64,000 nt of DNA from Balanoglossus misakiensis. Taxonomy: Eukaryota; Animalia; Hemichordata. This document shows positions 1 to 12,189 of the stretch, in pieces. A program made the position numbers and the translations under genes. Numbering within the stretch: the stretch's first letter is position 1; each line of letters opens with the position of its first letter. Location: positions 3,581,319 through 3,645,318 of the forward strand of contig CM082594.2 in the NCBI GenBank assembly GCA_040954595.2, given 5' to 3'. The notes beneath the pieces were generated by a model. It did no database searches, was not told the origin of the DNA, and saw nothing but the letters and a program-made list of their open reading frames with translations.

Positions 1-78
1 CCGCGCCAATGTTTTGTACTTTAAGTGTTTAGCCCATGTTAGCCTTGGGGTCAAGTTACAACAAAGTGTAAACTTTAA

Positions 79-163
79 CCCTTTCACCCCCAGTTCCCTC
101 TTTAGAGGTCCAACTTTACCATAAAAAACAAAGGGTTTTGACAGAACCAAGGTAGTGGATGGG
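79..163. mobile_element. Tiny degenerate piggyBac-like MITE
   Basis: TTAA(75-78)-CCCTTTCACCCCC ... GGTAGTGGATGGG-TTAA(164-167); imperfect TIR with CCC/GGG ends. Confidence 0.45.
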
Positions 164-305
164 TTAAACCCTTAAACGTCGTTGCTCTCAGTTGCTTGAT
201 GAGCCATTTCAAATTATGCAAATGTTTCCATTCATCATGAACACAGGCAGTTAACTTGCATTAATGCCATATTTAATGTTTCTGCGACTAACACTTAACT
301 TGAAG

Positions 306-3300
306 ATATCAACGAATGTGCCGACAATACCACGAACACATGCTCGCCAAATGCAAGATGTGAGAATGTGGAAGGATCGTACACATGCGATTGTAGAACT
401 GGTTACCTGGGAGATGGTCGAATATGTTCAGGTAGGATTGCTAAAAGGACTGATCCGTCATTCAGATTTGGAGTCCTCGATGTCTGGAAGATGTCCTAGA
501 TCTTGGTGGTTTCCATTTTTTATACAAATGTCTTGAAAGTGAAGCGAGGCGGGCTTTGTCTGAACAATTATCTGTTGTTTTTTTTCACCCAGATGTTGAC
601 GAATGCGCTCATGGCGATGAGAGCAACTGTCACGATGACGCTACCTGCGTGAACACATTGGGTAGTTTTATGTGCCTCTGTAATACCGGGTATACAGGCG
701 ATGGAACTAACTGCACAGGTTAATGTTCTTTTTATGTTATAATTTTAACACATTTGTCAAGTGTAGAAAAGTTATACTTTATTATAATATTTGTTGAAAA
801 ACACGTCAGCCCCTCTTATGAATACATACACACACTCAATCCAATACTCAACTGCTCGAGACACTTACGTTTATTGATCGTTTATGGTCGTTGAAAATTC
901 ATATGAAACTTGAAGAGAATTGTCATATTAAAACAGCACTTGCCCGTAGTTGTGTCAAGAATGTTAATTTTCTAAGCATTTGTATCGTGATGTATGTGGG
1001 ACTATCCTCGAATGGCCCAATGGTATAAAACAATTGAATTTATTTCTAAAACTGCTTTTTATTGAACTTCAATGCATATTCTGCCACAAGAGTCTAGCAG
1101 TTCTGACTGTTGTGTTTTTAATCTCAAATGCCAAATTTGTGTGGATAATTTTGCAGATGTGGACGAATGTAATGATAATATCTGCAATCAGACCTGTACA
1201 AATACTATCGGAGATTATGAGTGCTCTTGCCAAGAAGGTTTCATTATCAACCCCGACGGACTACGCTGCGATAGTAAGAGAAAGTTAACCCATTTCATAG
1301 TTGAATACAATGGATATTGTTTATCTATAGCTGGGATATGGGAAACACTTCCCTATTCGGCTTGGTAATATCTCAACTCCGTAGGACTCGTAAAACATTC
1401 CCTTTGCGAGTTAGGCCTACCATTTACAGATGCACGTTTTACACTGGTCGTGAGCGACTCATGTCTACTTATTAAGTCCCCTCAGAGTTAACGCTATTGA
1501 ATTACTATTCTTTTACAGCCATCAATGAGTGTACGTACAAAACAGACAATTGTTCCCAACTTTGCACTGACACCGATAGCACAGATTCAAGTTTGGCCTC
1601 ATACATATGCAGCTGTATCGATGGATTTTATCTCGAAGAAGACGGGTTCACTTGTACAGGTAAGGCCAAAGATTAGGGTGTCAACAAATACATAGAGGAA
1701 TATCTCACTTTAACTGTTCAGTTCAAATTATTTATCCAATGGTCACTTACATGTATATCGGACATGGCTTCCTTGTATACACATGACCTATGCACTGAAC
1801 GCTATCATTCAGAAAATCTGACGTCTTTCATGCGAGTCACGTTTTACTAATGAGAGTTTGGATTAGCTGCAGCGTTTATACGCAAATCAAGTTTGACTGT
1901 CTTGTTCGATCCGTAGTGAACGCAACTCGCAATTGTTCTTTGGATATGTGCATCAATGGTACCTGCTACAATAACAGTGATGACGCCGAAGTGTGCTATT
2001 GTGATCGAGGATATAAACCAAGCAGTACGGAAGGCAACGTGTGCATACGTATGTATAGTAACCATATTAAAATGTTCATCAATCTGCAGAATGTTGTTTA
2101 AATAAGTGACGAGTATTGATAAGAAATCGCAGGCTATTATCAACACAGCAATGTTCCTATCTACCATATATAGTACCGTTGTTCTTCTATTATACAATTC
2201 CTGAATAATATATACCACTGCCTTGAAAACTGGAACTCTGTATTCTCACGTGTGATCATTATCTTTTAGCAATTAATGAATGTAACGACACGGAGCATGT
2301 CGCAGCATGTGGGTCTAGAGCCAGGTGTTTTGATGTCACGCCTGGATACGAGTGTAAATGTCATGAAGGATATGAACTGACATCTGACCTCAGGACATGC
2401 ACTGGTAAGAATACGTTTATGTTTTTTAAGAATACAGTCCAACACTCCATGGGTTAATTGAAATTGTGGTCTTCGGGACTTAAACTCCACAGCTTCTTAA
2501 TATTTCACCATTGCGTCTAATTGGACTATTTAAACCTTTTCACTTTTAAGTCGGTACTGCCAGTTCCGTGCATCATTAATTTATCTCGTCGCATAATGGT
2601 ATATTTGAACGGGAATGAATGTTGCGCTTATACTAGGACGGAAAGCAAACAGTATTACGACATTATCGTCAAGTTCAACAAACATTGCTTGTTCTTACAG
2701 TGTATTTATATCAAAGTTACCCTAAAATGGTCCTGTTAACGCTTACATTGATATGTGGTTCAAATGTGTTTGCTGCACCATACAATATTTACTATTTTCG
2801 GCTTGTCGTTGCAGATGTTGATGAATGCACATCCGATACTCATAGTCATAACTGCACAGATCGTGAAACATGCGCCAATACGCAAGGGAGCTACATTTGC
2901 GTGTGCAAAACTGGCTACGAAAATGAAAACTGTGACGGTATGTAGAAATGCCTGTTAATAATTCAAGAATAAACAGCAAATTATTTTAATCGCTTACGAT
3001 AACGAAATGGTATATTATGTATCGGTCTTGTCCTCTTTGTTTTTTATAACAAATTTGGTGGTTGATGGCAAAAGTACGCGTCTTGAGATGCATTGTAACT
3101 TTCAAGTAATACCTCAGCAGTTGACAAACCTTCTCTCTTAACTTTGTAGACATAAATGAATGCGAAAGTGGTTCGGCCGTATGTCACAACAATGCCTACT
3201 GTAATAATACGGACGGATCATTCGTCTGTAAATGCAACGATGGTTATACAGGGAATGGAATTATCTGTACAGGTGCGTGAACATTCTCGTGTTATATATG

Positions 3301-6300
3301 ACCAAACACCTCGATCTCTACATTTGATCAATGGCTAGTGTGGCGGTTCGTTCACGATCATGGTGGGCTCAGTAAATATTCGTACAATTACCATATTCTC
3401 GATTTTGATGCATAGCAATTGACTATAATAACTTGATTATTATGGAAATTTACACACATTTGCACGGAAATATATCTATTTAACTCCTTGCATCACAGTG
3501 TCCTGCGTTTAAATGCTTTCCAGATATCGACGAGTGCTCTCCTCAGAATAATTCTAGTAATTGTGATGTCAACGCAGCTTGTACCAACACTGAAGGATCA
3601 TACAACTGCACCTGCAAGGATGGTTATAGTGGCGATGGGGAAATGTGTGAAGGTCAGTCAAATTTGTGCTGTGCTGTAAGCAACGCACAGATAGGTGCTG
3701 GATGAATGTCTTTCAACATTAATCGTCCTGCCACGCATTTAGTGGTCCGTTGCCGATTAGTAGTCGCCCTTTTCTCTGAAACAAGTTTTTTACTCAGTCA
3801 ATATTTTCAGAAGGCAAATTCCTAATATATTGCGATGTCTGATCGCTTTGGAATTTGATATATTGGACTCTTTGGATGGTGTAAGTATAAGATGACATGA
3901 TTCAGAATTTGGCAGATATATTGCTCAGGATATAATTCTGATTTGTTAACATTCTGACGGAATCTGTATTATTTTATATCTCGTATGTTGCCATTTAGTT
4001 ACATATAAACATTTCAGAAGGTTGGTATGGTGTTATCCGAATCCGAGTTTAATACACTGTAGTGACAAGTCATTTGAATGTTCATTTTTAAATGAAAATT
4101 CCTCTTTTTCAGAAAAGTCCAGTGCTTTGCTTTGACATTTGGTGTTTGAGCCAGATGTTTTGACAACATAAACCAGCCTGACCAAAATCAGACATTATTC
4201 AAATTGTACCACAATCTGTAATAATGTATTTGAACACAGTCATGTTTCCAAAATTCAAACATGCGCTTCTAAAAACGTTTCTAGACCAAGAGCATGGTCA
4301 ACCATCATAATTCATATAACCAATTTCGGTTTGACAAGCAAATATTATAGGTGACGTTTAATTCAAGCACTGCAATGTATTTCCGGCTTATGGAAAGCAA
4401 TTTGGAGATACCAGGTTATTGGAACCACGTGATTTTGCCTTTTCGAATTCTTTGTATGTGTTTTACATTCTTAGCTAGTTTGATTTGTTTGTTGTCATTT
4501 CTTCATTCTTTAATTTATCATATTGTAGACATTGACGAGTGTGAGCGACAAGATCACATGTGTCACCCAGAGTACGGCGTGTGCAGCAACACAGACGGGT
4601 CCTATGTGTGTAGTTGTAAATCTGGATTTACGGGGGATGGCCGCAGATGCTATGGTAAGAAAATGGCCGCCTTGGAATTTCTGTGATCACGTGCATAAAT
4701 ATGTATTAAAACGTCTGTTTAGTGCACAGGAGTGTGACAATACGAACGCTCATAAATACGCCATTGATGAAGGCAGAGCGTGGCATTGTAATTCACTCCT
4801 ATCATCAGATAGAGCGCAGCACTGTTCTCTATACATAAGGATAAGTGCGTCTGGATACGACATGGCTGTGAAGTTTTGCGTCACAGCTGTGCCCTATTCG
4901 ACTGAAATGTGAACTTGTGGCGAGTTTAGGAAACTCAGCCACACGATGTGCTTTATGGAACTGCCCATTCAGAAACGACGCGTTTTTGACGTCATTTGAT
5001 GTAACAATCTTTCATTTTCCCCATAGATATCGATGAATGCGCCTTGCCCAGAGACGATGCACAGTCTGCTAAATGCGATATTAAAGCAGTGTGCGAAAAT
5101 GGTCCAGGAAACTTTACTTGCCGTTGTAAAGTGGGTTATGAAGGCAATGGCACAGTTTGTGATGGTAAAACTTACATTGCATATAATTGAGAACATGTAC
5201 AGAGATAGCATTTGAACACAGTCTGGATCATAATGTTTGGTCATAATGTTTAATTATGTTGTTTATTTGTATACATGCTTCTGTAAGTTAAACCGAGGAC
5301 ATTTGAAAAATAAATTATATGGGAGAATTTCGGTGTAGGTTGTGCTTTTTACTTGAACTAAAGCTTAGTGTAACCAATTAAAAAGTCCGAATTCAGAATT
5401 ATGTTAAACTTTTTTCTTGTGCGTTTTATGGTATACAGTTGCAGCTATGTGACAGATATTGATTGTTTGCCCCTCCATGTATTTAGAGGGCATTTTCATA
5501 TAGATTACTGTCTTAAAACCATCGGGTTTACATTCATTTCACTGTATGTTCTCCGTGTGTAGATATCAACGAGTGCGATAAGGAGAACTGTACAGTTAAT
5601 GCGACATGTGACAATATTCCCGGAAGCTACAAATGCAGTTGCAATGACGGCTTTCGAGGAGACGGAAAGCTCTCTTGCAGTGACATAAACGAATGTGTTG
5701 AGACCCCGGATGTCTGCCACGACAACGCTGGCTGTAACAATACTATCGGAAGCTACGAGTGTTCTTGTCAGAAAGGATTCTCAGGTGATGGGAAGGATTG
5801 TCAAGGTAGGTTTGTATTACATATTGCAACTGTATCTATGTCTTTTAATGCAACTAGCCAAATTTAATCAATCAATTAATTAATTAATTAAATTCATTAT
5901 CTATCTAATTAATTAATTAATTCACTCTCACTAATTAATTAATTAATTCACTCTCACTAATTATTTAATTAATAAATAATTAATTAATTAATTAATTATG
6001 GTATACAGTTGCAGCTATGTGACAGATGTTGATTGTTGATTGTTGATTAATTAATTAATTAATTGTTGATTAATTAATTAATTAATTAGTGAGAGTGAAT
6101 TAATTAATTAATTAACTCACCCAAATACCACCCACCCACCCACCCACCTAATCATTCATTCATTCATTCATTCATTCATTCTTTCATTCATCCAATTGAT
6201 TAGTTAATTGTATGTATGTATGTATGTATGTATGTATGTATGTGTGTATGTATGTATGTATGTATGTTTGTATGTATGTATGTATGTATATGTGCTTAAT

Positions 6301-7053
6301 AATTAATTAAATACTTGTTGTATTGTCTGTATGTTTTCTTATTCTAAAGTTCTTGCATTTCATTTCAGACAAAAATGAGTGTAATGGCACGAACGATTGT
6401 CATATCAACGCAACTTGTCTCAATAAAGTGGGAAGCTACGGTTGTCTTTGTATCACGGGATTTGAAGGAGATGGCAAGAACTGTGCTGATATCCATGAAT
6501 GTGAAAGACAGACTGATGATTGCCCGGATGAGTCGAACTGTGTCAACACAATTGGATCTTATGAATGCCGATGTTTTGAGAACTACCACATGAATGGGAC
6601 TATCTGTGAAGGTAGGTGTTGATCTTTTCATATATGTAAATGAATGAAGTTCATCAATGTTGGTTTTATTGTGGATATCAGTGGCGCACTAGCTCTTACA
6701 TCACGATGAATGCTCAATTAGAACACTCTATTTGTTGAACAGAAATTTTGTATGACTTCTGTAATATAATTATTGTATTTCTTCTAAATTATTAGACAAT
6801 GACGAATGTGCCACAGGAGATGATGACTGTCCCAATCCTGAAAGTGTTGAATGTGTCAACACTCCTGGTAGCTTCGAGTGCATATGTAAAGAAGGATACA
6901 ACGGAGATGGTAGAAATTGTGATGACATTGATGAGTGCGTCGAGGAGGAAGACACGATCACCTGTCCCACGAACTCTCACTGTGAAAACACGATGGGATC
7001 CTACAGCTGCGTCTGTGACTCTGGCTATGAGAGTTATAACCAGACCTGTAGAG
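306..7053 (+). CDS. Gene A calcium-binding EGF array (14 phase-1 exons, about 17 EGF domains)
   Basis: Symmetric phase 1-1 exons of 117-141 bp (one EGF) or 243-258 bp (two EGFs), e.g. [42 protein letters not shown]. Confidence 0.93.
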
Positions 7054-10000
7054 GTTGGTCACACAATTACTTAAATAACATGCCTTTGTATGCTACAGAA
7101 CATTGTTGTGAAACGAGCAACATCGTTTGGTAGTCCCGCACAATTGTACAGAAGATGATTGTGCTTCCATGGTCTGACTTATGTCACGATTCCATTCTCT
7201 CCTTCGTTTGCTTTATCGGATGGTACGCCTTAATGTCAAACTTTGTCCATACAGTGTCCGGTATACGTGTATATGATAGAATATTACGCGATATCTAAGC
7301 AGAGAATGCAACATGCTCTACATACATTTAGTAAAGAATTACATGTATTCAGCCTAAGAATATTTTATTACATCATTTCAAAGAGTTTATGTGACTGAAT
7401 TAAGAATACGAAAGTAATTCTAACACAATTACTAATGGATAACATTTATATAAATATCAACAGCGAAAACTGTCTCTACAACACCCACTTCTGGCACATC
7501 AGAGACGGTCACAACTATAGATACTGCAAGAAGTACTTTAGGCACAACAGTGATCGCAAGGACAGCCCATAGTGAAGCCAGGACAACCACTTTAGTTACA
7601 TCAGACCTAGCAACACCTTCCAAACCTGACGTCACTTCTGGGGTAACCAGGACAGTTCACAGCGATGCCACGACAGCAGGTACGTCATCAGACATGGCGA
7701 CAACAGTCCAGAGTGAAGCTACTTCGGGTGTATCGGACACAACAACCACAAAACAAACAACAGCCCCAACATCTACTCCGGGCACATCAGACATGACCAC
7801 TGCAAGAAAAACTGAAGCTGCAACAACTACACCTAGTACGTGAGAAGTATACCATGCAGCACTGTTTTTCTAGGAATATTAATTTCATTTATCAAGATCC
7901 ACGGTTACTGTTTTCGCAACATTAAATTATGTATGTTACTCAGCACTGCAAAGTTATATTCCCTAAAACATATTTCATCCAAATCCACAGGGACAGATAC
8001 GTGCACGGCGGACTCATGTGATGGCGAAACCGAATATTGTATGAATGTAGGGCGTGGTCACAGGTGTCGCTGCAAACCTGGAACAAGAAGAGTTGATGGG
8101 AATTGCGTTGGTAAGTACCATGTAGCTCTGATTTAGACGACGTTTGATCATGGGACCCACACCGATTTAGATCATGCTTACAGTCGTCTGGTAATCTGAT
8201 TTGACGCGAAATTTTAAGTGAAATCAAATATGTACACAGCTAATACTGCATACAAGTAAATCTGGCTGAAGATGGCATAATACTCCCTACCTTAGATGGC
8301 ATAATTCTCCCTACCTTAAATAGGTTATAAGCTACCTAAGTGAGTGATGAAAATCTCATATGGTCGACACAATTTCAAGATGGCCGAATTTTGCCATATT
8401 TAAGAAATAGGACTTCATAAGCTAAAGTGATGATGGGTCATTCTGAAACTTTTTAACAGAAAAAATAAAATGTGAAAAAAGGTTGAGTTTAATATGGTAA
8501 CTACAAAGACAGACATGTTTGATTAGAGGAAGTCTTAAATACAGTAAACATATCATTCCTTCTATCTCTTACTACAGTTGAGTTGTCGACTTTTCGCCCA
8601 GAATGCAATGTGATTTGACCCCCTAGCGCAAAGTGAAAACATATTTAAGGCAGCCAGAATTGTGTAGTGGCACTGATTGAAGCATGACAGCCGCAAAACA
8701 AGACCAAACAGTAGTTATCAATCTAATACTTGTATTTGACAGCAATCAAGACATTCATTAGCGTCTTTACCATCGACAAACGGAAAGACAAAGATGCAAT
8801 TTATGTGCCTGCATTGAGTGACAGAACGTCAGAAGTATTCATATCTTTGGCAGAGGATTTCATCAAAATGGTAAGATTTGGCCATGTCTTCCGCCTTTAG
8901 TAGTGAGATTCTATGAATCTTAATTTAAAAGAAAGTAGGTGATACAATTTTAGTGCTTAGTCTGAATTTCAAATTCGAGTTCATATTTCTTAATGATTGT
9001 ACTCATTTCCATATGACTTCGTTCAAAGATTGACGCAATGATGCGGGCTCTATATCCACTTGTGTACGTGGAGACCTACATTATTGGATTCAGACCTGGA
9101 AGCATCGTATGCGACTCCACCTGTGTCTTTAAAGGCGATGCTGACATCACCAACGCTACTTTGACGGAAGATGTGTACAATTATACTGGTCACGAGGATC
9201 AGTGGACATCCAATAACTTGACTATGAGAGCAGACGTTAAATTTCAAGGTAGGACAACAGACTTTCTGAAATTACTGAATCAATCCATTTACAAGTTGTT
9301 TCGCATAAAATAACGCATGTTTTGTTTATTTCAGCTTATAACGAAAGAATTTGTGCCATCCCAGGGGCCCACGATTGCTCCACAGAAGACGTGTGTGTTG
9401 ATTTCTCTAATGGCACATTCAAATGTGTACCAGGTACGTATTTATTCGGATGTTTAGACAGTGTACGCATGTAAACCATAAAATACCACACAAGTATGAC
9501 AAAAATATGATGTTGCATCAAAAATGTAGGTAGCCAGGTATTCGTGAAAAAACTGAAGGAGTTTCATATTATCACCAAAAGAGACGTGTTCAGAAAAATT
9601 ATAAAAAGGGTGATTTTGAACAGTTTTATACCGATATGAGGATTTGCATTTCTTTTAAGAAGATATTCAGTTCAGGCGAATTACAGCAATGGTGATCGTT
9701 CTTTTTGAGTTAATGTACCGTCACAACGATATTACCTCATGTTCGACATGGGTACTTACCGTTTGAAAGCGATGAGGACTGACAAAAAAAACATATTACA
9801 AGATGTGCCATTATTTACATTGTTCTAAAAACTATATTTTCGTGTACATTCACAACAGAACCATGCAAGGGCAATCCGTGCCGAAATGGTGGAACCTGTG
9901 AGATTTCCGACGATGGATTTCTGTGCAAGTAAGTGGGATTACATCCACAATGTGCCCAATCAACATTTCAACATTTGTGTCTCCCACTGTTATTAGCTAT

Positions 10001-12189
10001 GGGCATTTATACATTTGACTTTTGACAACAAAGCGTCAGCAGTAAAGAGTACAAATTACATGTAGTGGGCTGAACGAGTTTCAATAAAACAGATTCGGAT
10101 TGTCCTTGTGGTGTTATAAAGCTTGTTTTCCTATGGATTACATCTTTGCGCAATTACATTATATTCCTTTCCATTTCTCGCAGATGTGCAAATGGCTACA
10201 TGGGAGATGTCTGTGAATCAAGCCGAAGTAAAACAGGTAATGCTCTGATAGCCTACTGTGAGTCATTAACATTATGTTAATTGTGCACTTATTGTAAAAT
10301 CGAATCCTGAACAATTTACACTTATTCATTGTAAAATTGCGAGGGAAGGTAAACACGCATTCCTACTATAAGAAGAAAAAAAATATTCTTCCAATGTGAA
10401 TGACATGCTTAGAATGACCCAATTACAGATTCCATGGATACCAAGAATATGCTGTGTATTATGTTGCTATAAAAAGGGCGCCACCACGTGGCCATTATTT
10501 CACTTACTTTGACAAGCGTTATTCAGACAATACAGGTCACCTTCAAGTAAGAGGTGACATTAACCCTTAATTAAACAAAAGGTTATGCATCTTTTCCGCT
10601 AAAATTAAAAAAACAACAACTAAGCAACGTTTCATGCCGCAGCAATCTTCAAAACCATTTTTTGTTGCAGTGTTATCTACCTCGGGGATTATTGGCCTAT
10701 CCACTGGTCTCACGGCTGGCATCATAGTGGTTGCTTTACTGTTGCTTTTGGTGCTGTATACAAGATTCGTGAAAGGCAAGCCTGGGCGCCATGCCAAATC
10801 TGCTGATCGCTCGTGGTTGCAGTATTGGTCCAGAGGCGATTACAAAGAACGTGGCCAGTTTGGCGAGCCAGAGCGATTGTACTGGGAACAGGACAGTTCG
10901 TATGGCGAAGACAATGACGGAAGCACCGATAGTCTTGCTAGGGGGGCACCGTCCGGCAAAGCAGAGAGACTGCGCAGTGCAATGGTTATGGCGAGAGATT
11001 TCCAGGTAATTTACAAATGAAGGGTTATGGAAACTGTAGTCTGGTTCCCTGCCCCATTCCCACCGCTGGCTGCGCTACGCTAAAGGAAAGAGTCAGGCAC
11101 GGGCTGTTGTAAACATGGCTCTCATTGGCGTACGTACATTGGAGGCATCCATCTTGTTTATGATCACGTGGTCTTTGTTTTATTATAATATGCTGGCCAG
11201 GTTTTTGGCCAAGATGGCGGGTCGTACCTGACCCCTTTCCCTTGAGTGTAGCGCAGCCAGCGGTGGGATAGGGCAAGGGACCAGACTAATGCAAACTGTT
11301 CACATTTTGAGTGGCATATGCAAAAAGTGGCTAAATGCTATTGCAGCGACCGGTCATTTTCAATCAATCATACAACGACCGACCAACACATGAAATGGAA
11401 AGACGGTCACGCATCTAACGGGAACAACTAAATCTCAGAAGTAATTTCTGCAGAAGTTGTACGCATCAAAACTATTTATTCGTTTAATAACTTACATTGG
11501 TGTCAAAAGTAGTTTCAAAGCATTCACAATGACATATTTATTTTTTTGTTCCCAGGGTTTATTGTATCCACGTAAACAAGCCGCCGACAGGACAATGGAT
11601 CTGTCAGATCCTTACCAACACGGTGAATTCATCAGACCTTATGTTGCTGATGGATCGGAAGCAGCACGTGGAACGGTAAGAATCAAAGCAGTAAAGCATA
11701 TGACGCTTATAACTACACGTATACTGACTATACAACCAAGTGTAGGCAAGTGTGAACCAATTGTGCAGAAATTATGCAGACGTGTATTACGTCAATGTAA
11801 AACCTAAGAACCACGGTGTTGGATGGCGGTTGTACATGTAACATGTTCAGGTATACGATCTTATAAAGTCCCAAAATTCTGTCGATGTCCGTTAACAATT
11901 CACAATATTTGAACATACTTATTATTGTGTGGCATTCCTATGTATGTGGACGTGTATACATTTGTGCATGCAAATGTGCCTTCAGTTCTGAAACCACTAG
12001 TTCATCTCATGTTTATTTATCAATAATTCCTCTTAGCACGAGTCCACAAATTTCATAGGGGTGATTATTTCCTTATGGTATGATTTTGTTTTATAGGGTG
12101 ATGCTGGATCGCATGATGGTATTGGTGGCATCGATACCGAGATGGAATTCAGGATTCCTAGGGCTCGTCTTCAACAACCACCCCAATAG
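306..12189 (+). CDS. Gene A (5'-truncated by the window): transmembrane mucin/fibrillin-like protein; Ca-binding EGF array, Thr/Ser-rich exon, EGF, SEA, EGF, TM, cytoplasmic tail; paralogue of gene B
   Basis: 24 AG/GT-bounded exons with consistent phases: 306-431, 593-718, 1157-1273, 1519-1659, 1917-2048, 2270-2404, 2815-2937, 3150-3272, 3524-3652, 4529-4654, 5027-5164, 5563-5805, 6369-6611, 6796-7053, 7464-7835, 7991-8110, 8743-8870, 9029-9248, 9335-9433, 9859-9928, 10184-10236, 10671-11005, 11556-11675, 12097-12189 (TAG). About 1,255 aa visible. D(I/V)(D/N)EC...C.N..GS(Y/F).C.C EGF motifs; FRPGSIV SEA motif; hydrophobic TM segment. Confidence 0.92.
5865..6295. repeat. Low-complexity intron: (TTAA)n palindromic tract, (CCCA)n, (CATT)n, (ATGT)n
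   Basis: Directly visible simple repeats. Confidence 0.9.
7464..7835 (+). CDS. Gene A Thr/Ser-rich (PTS) exon
   Basis: cag|CG AAA ACT GTC...ACA CCT A|gtacgt; 372 bp, phase 1-1, open frame matching ORF 7550-7843 ([17 protein letters not shown]...EAATTTP). Confidence 0.8.
8307..8657. mobile_element. MITE family 1, copy 1 (AATT TSD)
   Basis: AATT-CTCCCTACCTTAAATAGG ... ATATTTAAGGCAGCCAG-AATT; closely related copy at 40199-40537 and a diverged inverted copy at about 62521-62841. Confidence 0.85.
8743..9248 (+). CDS. Gene A SEA domain (exons 8743-8870, 9029-9248)
   Basis: [10 protein letters not shown]...[24 protein letters not shown]...[12 protein letters not shown] matches the SEA consensus (L.D..S..F..L, F..GS.V); G/S at 9098-9103. 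Confidence 0.88.
10671..12189 (+). CDS. Gene A transmembrane helix and cytoplasmic tail (exons 10671-11005, 11556-11675, 12097-12189)
   Basis: [25 protein letters not shown] followed by basic TRFVKGK; tail ends [14 protein letters not shown]. Confidence 0.9.
11037..11288. mobile_element. MITE with TAG...CTA ends, long TIRs and a 10-bp TSD
   Basis: TAGTCTGGTTCCCTGCCCCATTCCCACCGCTGGCTGCGCTAC vs GTAGCGCAGCCAGCGGTGGGATAGGGCAAGGGACCAGACTA; flanks ATGGAAACTG (11027-11036) and ATGCAAACTG (11289-11298). Confidence 0.85.
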
